Shown here in pieces: positions 59,764 to 64,000 of a stretch of 64,000 nt of DNA. Position numbers and translations under genes: made by a program. The notes beneath the pieces were generated by a model. That model saw nothing but the letters and a program-made list of their open reading frames with translations. It made no database searches and was not told the origin of the DNA. Positions within the stretch are counted from its first letter, which is position 1, and each line of letters opens with the position of its first letter. Origin of the DNA: a virus; the IMG/VR virus record IMGVR_UViG_3300026484_000295, positions 108,405-172,404 of that record; one strand, 5' to 3'.

Positions 59764-62700
59764 ATGAATAAATTGAAATCTATAATTTTAACAGAAGCGT
59801 CATTACATGATAAAATAACATCTAGAGCAAAAATAACATATGATGCATTAATAGCAATAATTTTAGCAACTGATGAAGGAAAAATCACAGATAAAAATAA
59901 GAAAGAAATAGCTGATGAATTGGATATTACCGTTCCTACATTAGAACGTTATATTAAACAAGCAGTATCAAATAAATTTATTAATTCATCAGGCGAAATT
60001 TATGACAAGTATAAAAAAGAATCTACTGGTAAAGTAAAAGCATCAGGAAAAGTATCTCAAGCATTAAATGCTAGAGTTAAAAAATTTAAAGCTCCAAAAG
60101 TTTCTTCTAATAATTTATTTTCTGAACAAGTATTTAAAATGTTGTCGTTAATGGAAGGTCAAGCTGCACAAGCCGGCGTTAAAAACTCATTAATGCTAAC
60201 AGGAGATCCTGGAACTGGTAAAACTTCATTCATTCGTAACTTTGCAAAACTATTAGGTCTGCCACTTATTCCAATAGAAGCTCCACATATTACAGAAGAG
60301 CATATTATAAATATCCCTTTTATGATTATTAATGGTAATAAAGTAAAAAAAGAAAATGCTATTATTGAAACTGCTGAAACAGCTAATTTAAATGACAAGC
60401 AAGAATTTGATATAGTACAAGCAGAATCAAATTTAGTTACTAAATTGAAAGCTATGAAGAATTTAAAATTAAAAGATCAACAACATATAGCATCAATAGC
60501 TAGTGATAAAAACTTAAGACCTATCTACTTAAATTATAAATCATTGATTGATTCTATTAGAGATAGTTACCATTGTATTTTATTTTTAGATGAATATTAT
60601 AGAAATGATAATATGAAAATTAGAAATATTCTTAGAAATATTCTAAATGGTAGGATAGGTAATGATAAAATACCAAAAGGTACTTTTATTGTTTATGCAT
60701 CAAATATGGAAGATGATGGTGTTGAAGATATTCCTATGAATAATGATTTTGCGGAAATGGAATTTAAAACACCTGATAGAGAACAATGGTTTAAGTATAT
60801 TTTAAATAAGTATGAAGAAAATTCAGGAAATGATTATCCTGGTGTTAAACTACAACCAGAAGTATTTAATAAATTTTATGATGTATTAGAACAATCCGAT
60901 TTATCGTATGAGGATGCTACAGCAGAAGTTAGAAATTCGCCAAGACGATGGGAGCAAATTTTATTATATGTTAATGCCTCTTTACCAGTATCAAATATTA
61001 AAGAAGCTAAAACATTAATGTCAAATTTACAAGTTAATTTTAGAAATTATACTGAAGAAACGGTCTCAAATTTATACCCAAAATTTGAAAAAATGGTAGT
61101 TGAATTGATTAAAGAAACTTCTGGTATTGAATTTGATGGTCGTCCTACAAATCAAGTTGATTGGAAAGATACTCTACAACAGCAATTAGAAGTTAAAATT
61201 AAATTAGACGGGCAAAGTGATTCTGAGAAAGAGGTACGACAGTATGTACCTGTTGTTTCGGGTGAACCAGGTATAGGTAAAACGGCTCATATGAGAACCG
61301 TAGCTGATGATTTAGATCTTTATTTTATTCATATTGATGTTTCTACATTAACTAGAGAATCAACAACTGGTATTCCTAAAGCAAGTCAAGCAACAGATAT
61401 TGATGGTAATCCAGAATTTGATCAGAATGGAAATCCTGTTATGACAACGGAATTTTCAAAACCTGAATTATTGGATTTAATTGAGAAAAAAATGCAAGAA
61501 GAGTTAGTTGAAGATGAAATGTTTCCGGAAGATCAAAGAAAAAAAGGTAAAGGTAAATATAAATTTTTACTATTATTTGATGAATTAACTAGAGCAGATG
61601 CTCAAGTTTTTAATGCTATTAGAAAATTACTTTTAGAAAAATCATTTAATGAACAATACGATTTACCTAAATCGATTATGACAGTTGGAGCATTAAACCC
61701 AGTTGATAATGGTGCTGAAGAATTAACAAAACATATGAGAGATGTATTGGACATTATTCCATCTAGAGCATCATGGGCTAAAACTGAATCATATCTATTA
61801 AGTGAAGAACGACCTGTTGGATTAGAAGAAGTTATGGGATTTGATTTAAATACATCAACTGTTGGTGCTCTGAAAGGTTTATTACAACAATACCAATCTA
61901 AAGATGAAGATTGGCGAGGAAACCCAGTTTCAAAAGAAGAAAGATTATTCAATTTACGAGATGGTTCAAATATAATTTATATTTCACCAAGAGAGATTAC
62001 AGATATTGTTACAATGACTAATGCTAATATTGTTAATAGATTAACAAAAGTTGGTTTAAAAAGTTTTTCAAGTGAAGTTCAATCTGAAGAAGTGGATGAT
62101 ATGAGTGATGATGAATTTATGCAACTTATGATGCAACAAGCTGAAAACCCAGATAGTGTAAAAGAAAAAATTGCTCAAGATAAGGGTCTTTTTAATTTGC
62201 GAAATAGATATAGTGAAGAAGATTATGAAATTTTTATAAGAGCTATGATTAATGAGTTTCGAGAAGCATGGGCTTCAAAATTAACTTTTATTTGTAAAAA
62301 AATGGATATTGATGCGGCAAATGTTTTATCATTAACAACAGGCTTTATATCTACAAATAGTATGGTGTATGATCAATATGAGGCTATCAAAACATTAGTT
62401 GTGGATGATGTTAAAAATATTGAAGAAATATTTGATGCGTATTGGGACAATCCTGAAGAATTGTATGATTCACCCCATTTCGATAATTATTTAACGGTGA
62501 ATTTTACAGCTCCCCAAAAATTCACACAAGAAATAACAGATTATTTAAGTGATAAATTGGTAGAAATTGAACAAGATACTAGTACTGCAATGGTGACTGT
62601 TGAATCTGAAAATGGGCCTGTGGAAATCCCTAAACATATAGCTAAAAAGATGGAATTATTTTACAAGTATATTCTATATACCAAATCAATATTAAAAGTT

Positions 62701-62946
62701 TTAACTGATAAAAGTGAATATGCAGGAAAAGTAAAAGATGCTCAAAGAACTGGACAATATCTAAGTAATCTTTACATTGCATTACAAATACAAGGTAAAA
62801 ATTTTATGACTCAAAGTGATTTGCTACTGTACGTAAAACATAAAAAACTTGATGCTAGTATGGTTAAGAAAATATCAGAAGCAGGAAATGAAATTAGAGA
62901 AATGTTAAAGAAATTTGGTATTGACTCAGAGAAGGATAAAAAATAA
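59764..62946 (+). CDS. HTH + tandem MoxR-like AAA+ ATPase
   Basis: N-terminal HTH (EIADELDITVPTLERYI); two Walker A (GDPGTGKT, GEPGIGKT), two Walker B (LFLDE, LLFDE) and two SPR sensor motifs. Confidence 0.85.
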   Translation: MNKLKSIILTEASLHDKITSRAKITYDALIAIILATDEGKITDKNKKEIADELDITVPTLERYIKQAVSNKFINSSGEIYDKYKKESTGKVKASGKVSQALNARVKKFKAPKVSSNNLFSEQVFKMLSLMEGQAAQAGVKNSLMLTGDPGTGKTSFIRNFAKLLGLPLIPIEAPHITEEHIINIPFMIINGNKVKKENAIIETAETANLNDKQEFDIVQAESNLVTKLKAMKNLKLKDQQHIASIASDKNLRPIYLNYKSLIDSIRDSYHCILFLDEYYRNDNMKIRNILRNILNGRIGNDKIPKGTFIVYASNMEDDGVEDIPMNNDFAEMEFKTPDREQWFKYILNKYEENSGNDYPGVKLQPEVFNKFYDVLEQSDLSYEDATAEVRNSPRRWEQILLYVNASLPVSNIKEAKTLMSNLQVNFRNYTEETVSNLYPKFEKMVVELIKETSGIEFDGRPTNQVDWKDTLQQQLEVKIKLDGQSDSEKEVRQYVPVVSGEPGIGKTAHMRTVADDLDLYFIHIDVSTLTRESTTGIPKASQATDIDGNPEFDQNGNPVMTTEFSKPELLDLIEKKMQEELVEDEMFPEDQRKKGKGKYKFLLLFDELTRADAQVFNAIRKLLLEKSFNEQYDLPKSIMTVGALNPVDNGAEELTKHMRDVLDIIPSRASWAKTESYLLSEERPVGLEEVMGFDLNTSTVGALKGLLQQYQSKDEDWRGNPVSKEERLFNLRDGSNIIYISPREITDIVTMTNANIVNRLTKVGLKSFSSEVQSEEVDDMSDDEFMQLMMQQAENPDSVKEKIAQDKGLFNLRNRYSEEDYEIFIRAMINEFREAWASKLTFICKKMDIDAANVLSLTTGFISTNSMVYDQYEAIKTLVVDDVKNIEEIFDAYWDNPEELYDSPHFDNYLTVNFTAPQKFTQEITDYLSDKLVEIEQDTSTAMVTVESENGPVEIPKHIAKKMELFYKYILYTKSILKVLTDKSEYAGKVKDAQRTGQYLSNLYIALQIQGKNFMTQSDLLLYVKHKKLDASMVKKISEAGNEIREMLKKFGIDSEKDKK

Positions 62947-64000
62947 TGAATTTTTTAGAAGATATAGTGAAATTGACTTCAAAATATTTAAATGAAGCAG
63001 GATTAAATTATAATCATAATAAAAAGGGTGAAACCTCCTTTGAAAAAACTAATGGGTCTGAATTTCATATTCAGACTATTATTGAAAAATTCGCAGAAGC
63101 TAATAATATTACTAAACAAGAAGCACAACAATATTTTGATTTGAAAAAACAGGAAGCTATAGATAATATGAAAAAATCTATGAAAATCAATGGTACTATG
63201 ATTGATAATATTAGCGAGAGTATCGCATTTGAGATGTTGGAGTCTATTAAAATAGAAGATGTTAAATTTAATAAACGTACTTTTTTAGATTTATTTGAAA
63301 AAGTAAAATATGAAGTACCCGAATTTTATCCTCTTTCTAATTCATTTGAACCTCGACGAATTGAGCCAAAAATTGTTTTTGTGCCTGACCCATTATCTCC
63401 AGAATATGCTAGTATTGGTACGGCTGCATGTACTCCAACCGCAACATTGATATTTAATGTTCCTTTTTTAGAAAATCTCATGAAATTTTCAAATATAAAA
63501 GGTCTTAAAGCTAATCCGAATTTTTTACATGGACAGAAATATATATCTCAAGGTGGAGATATTCCAGATGCATATTTATATTGTGAGTTTGTATTGTTAC
63601 ATGAAATTATGCATTATGCTAATGGAGATTTCTTTTTTGAAAAAGCTTTTAATTTAAATGGAAAATTAGTTAATTATGTTGGTGATTTTATAACTAATTA
63701 TAACTTGGTTAAAAGTGGTTATGCTCAATTACCTATGGGTCTATTTAATGATGAAATTAATTATGATCGTTATAATTCATATCAAGAAATGTACAATGTT
63801 GTTGAAGACGAAATGAAACGTTTATCAGATGAAGAAAAAGAAAAAATGATGGATCAATTAGATCAGTTAGGTGATGAAATGCCAGATGAGGGTGAAGGTG
63901 CAGACCCCGAGAATAAAAATGGACAACCTCAAGATGGACAACCTCAAGATGGACAACCTCAAGATGGACAGCCTCAAGATGGACAACCTCAAGATGGACA
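62946..64000 (+). CDS. DUF2201-type putative metallopeptidase (usually with a C-terminal vWA domain); runs off the window
   Basis: Not in the ORF track. Manual translation: MNFLEDIVKLTSKYLNEA...IGTAACTPTATLIFNVPFL...EFVLLHEIMH...NYVGDFITN, then a low-complexity linker. Start overlaps the ATPase stop (TAATG). Confidence 0.8.
   Translation, partial: MNFLEDIVKLTSKYLNEAGLNYNHNKKGETSFEKTNGSEFHIQTIIEKFAEANNITKQEAQQYFDLKKQEAIDNMKKSMKINGTMIDNISESIAFEMLESIKIEDVKFNKRTFLDLFEKVKYEVPEFYPLSNSFEPRRIEPKIVFVPDPLSPEYASIGTAACTPTATLIFNVPFLENLMKFSNIKGLKANPNFLHGQKYISQGGDIPDAYLYCEFVLLHEIMHYANGDFFFEKAFNLNGKLVNYVGDFITNYNLVKSGYAQLPMGLFNDEINYDRYNSYQEMYNVVEDEMKRLSDEEKEKMMDQLDQLGDEMPDEGEGADPENKNGQPQDGQPQDGQPQDGQPQDGQPQDG
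63919..64000 (+). repeat. 15-bp tandem repeat encoding (DGQPQ)n
   Basis: ATGGACAACCTCAAG, at least 5.5 copies, continuing past the window edge. Confidence 0.92.

Noticed and set aside
1-64000. Stop-codon reassignment
   Set aside because: Conserved genes are full length in the standard code, and TAA, TAG and TGA all end genes.

Overview
This AT-rich window (about 25% GC by eye) is part of a large T4-related, jumbo-type myovirus genome. It carries head genes (gp23, gp22, gp21, gp20, gp2, gp4), neck and tail genes (gp13, gp14, gp15, gp18, gp19, a 2221-aa tape measure, gp6, gp26/gp51), tail-fibre/receptor-binding cassettes, the late sigma factor gp55, a gp45-like clamp, gp46/gp47, UvrD, HU and nucleotide kinases. 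The most unusual feature is a plasmid-type Rep_3 initiator (23765-25072) beside an iteron-bearing origin (25073-25857). Nearly all genes point away from this origin, which suggests a T4-like phage-plasmid. Other notable features: (1) a minimal DnaE-like polymerase split into two genes about 19 kb apart, with complementary ends; (2) a likely -1 frameshift fusing the gp26-like and gp51-like ORFs; (3) two clear promoter classes, TATAAATA (late) and TGTAWAAT (early); (4) hairpins that hide ribosome-binding sites around late promoters, including a perfect 40-bp inverted repeat; (5) a U32 + methyltransferase pair inside the tail-fibre operon; (6) a late-expressed HTH-double-AAA/DUF2201 module. All product calls come from motif recognition, not database searches. 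The host is not determined; a low-GC bacterium such as a Campylobacterota member is only a guess.
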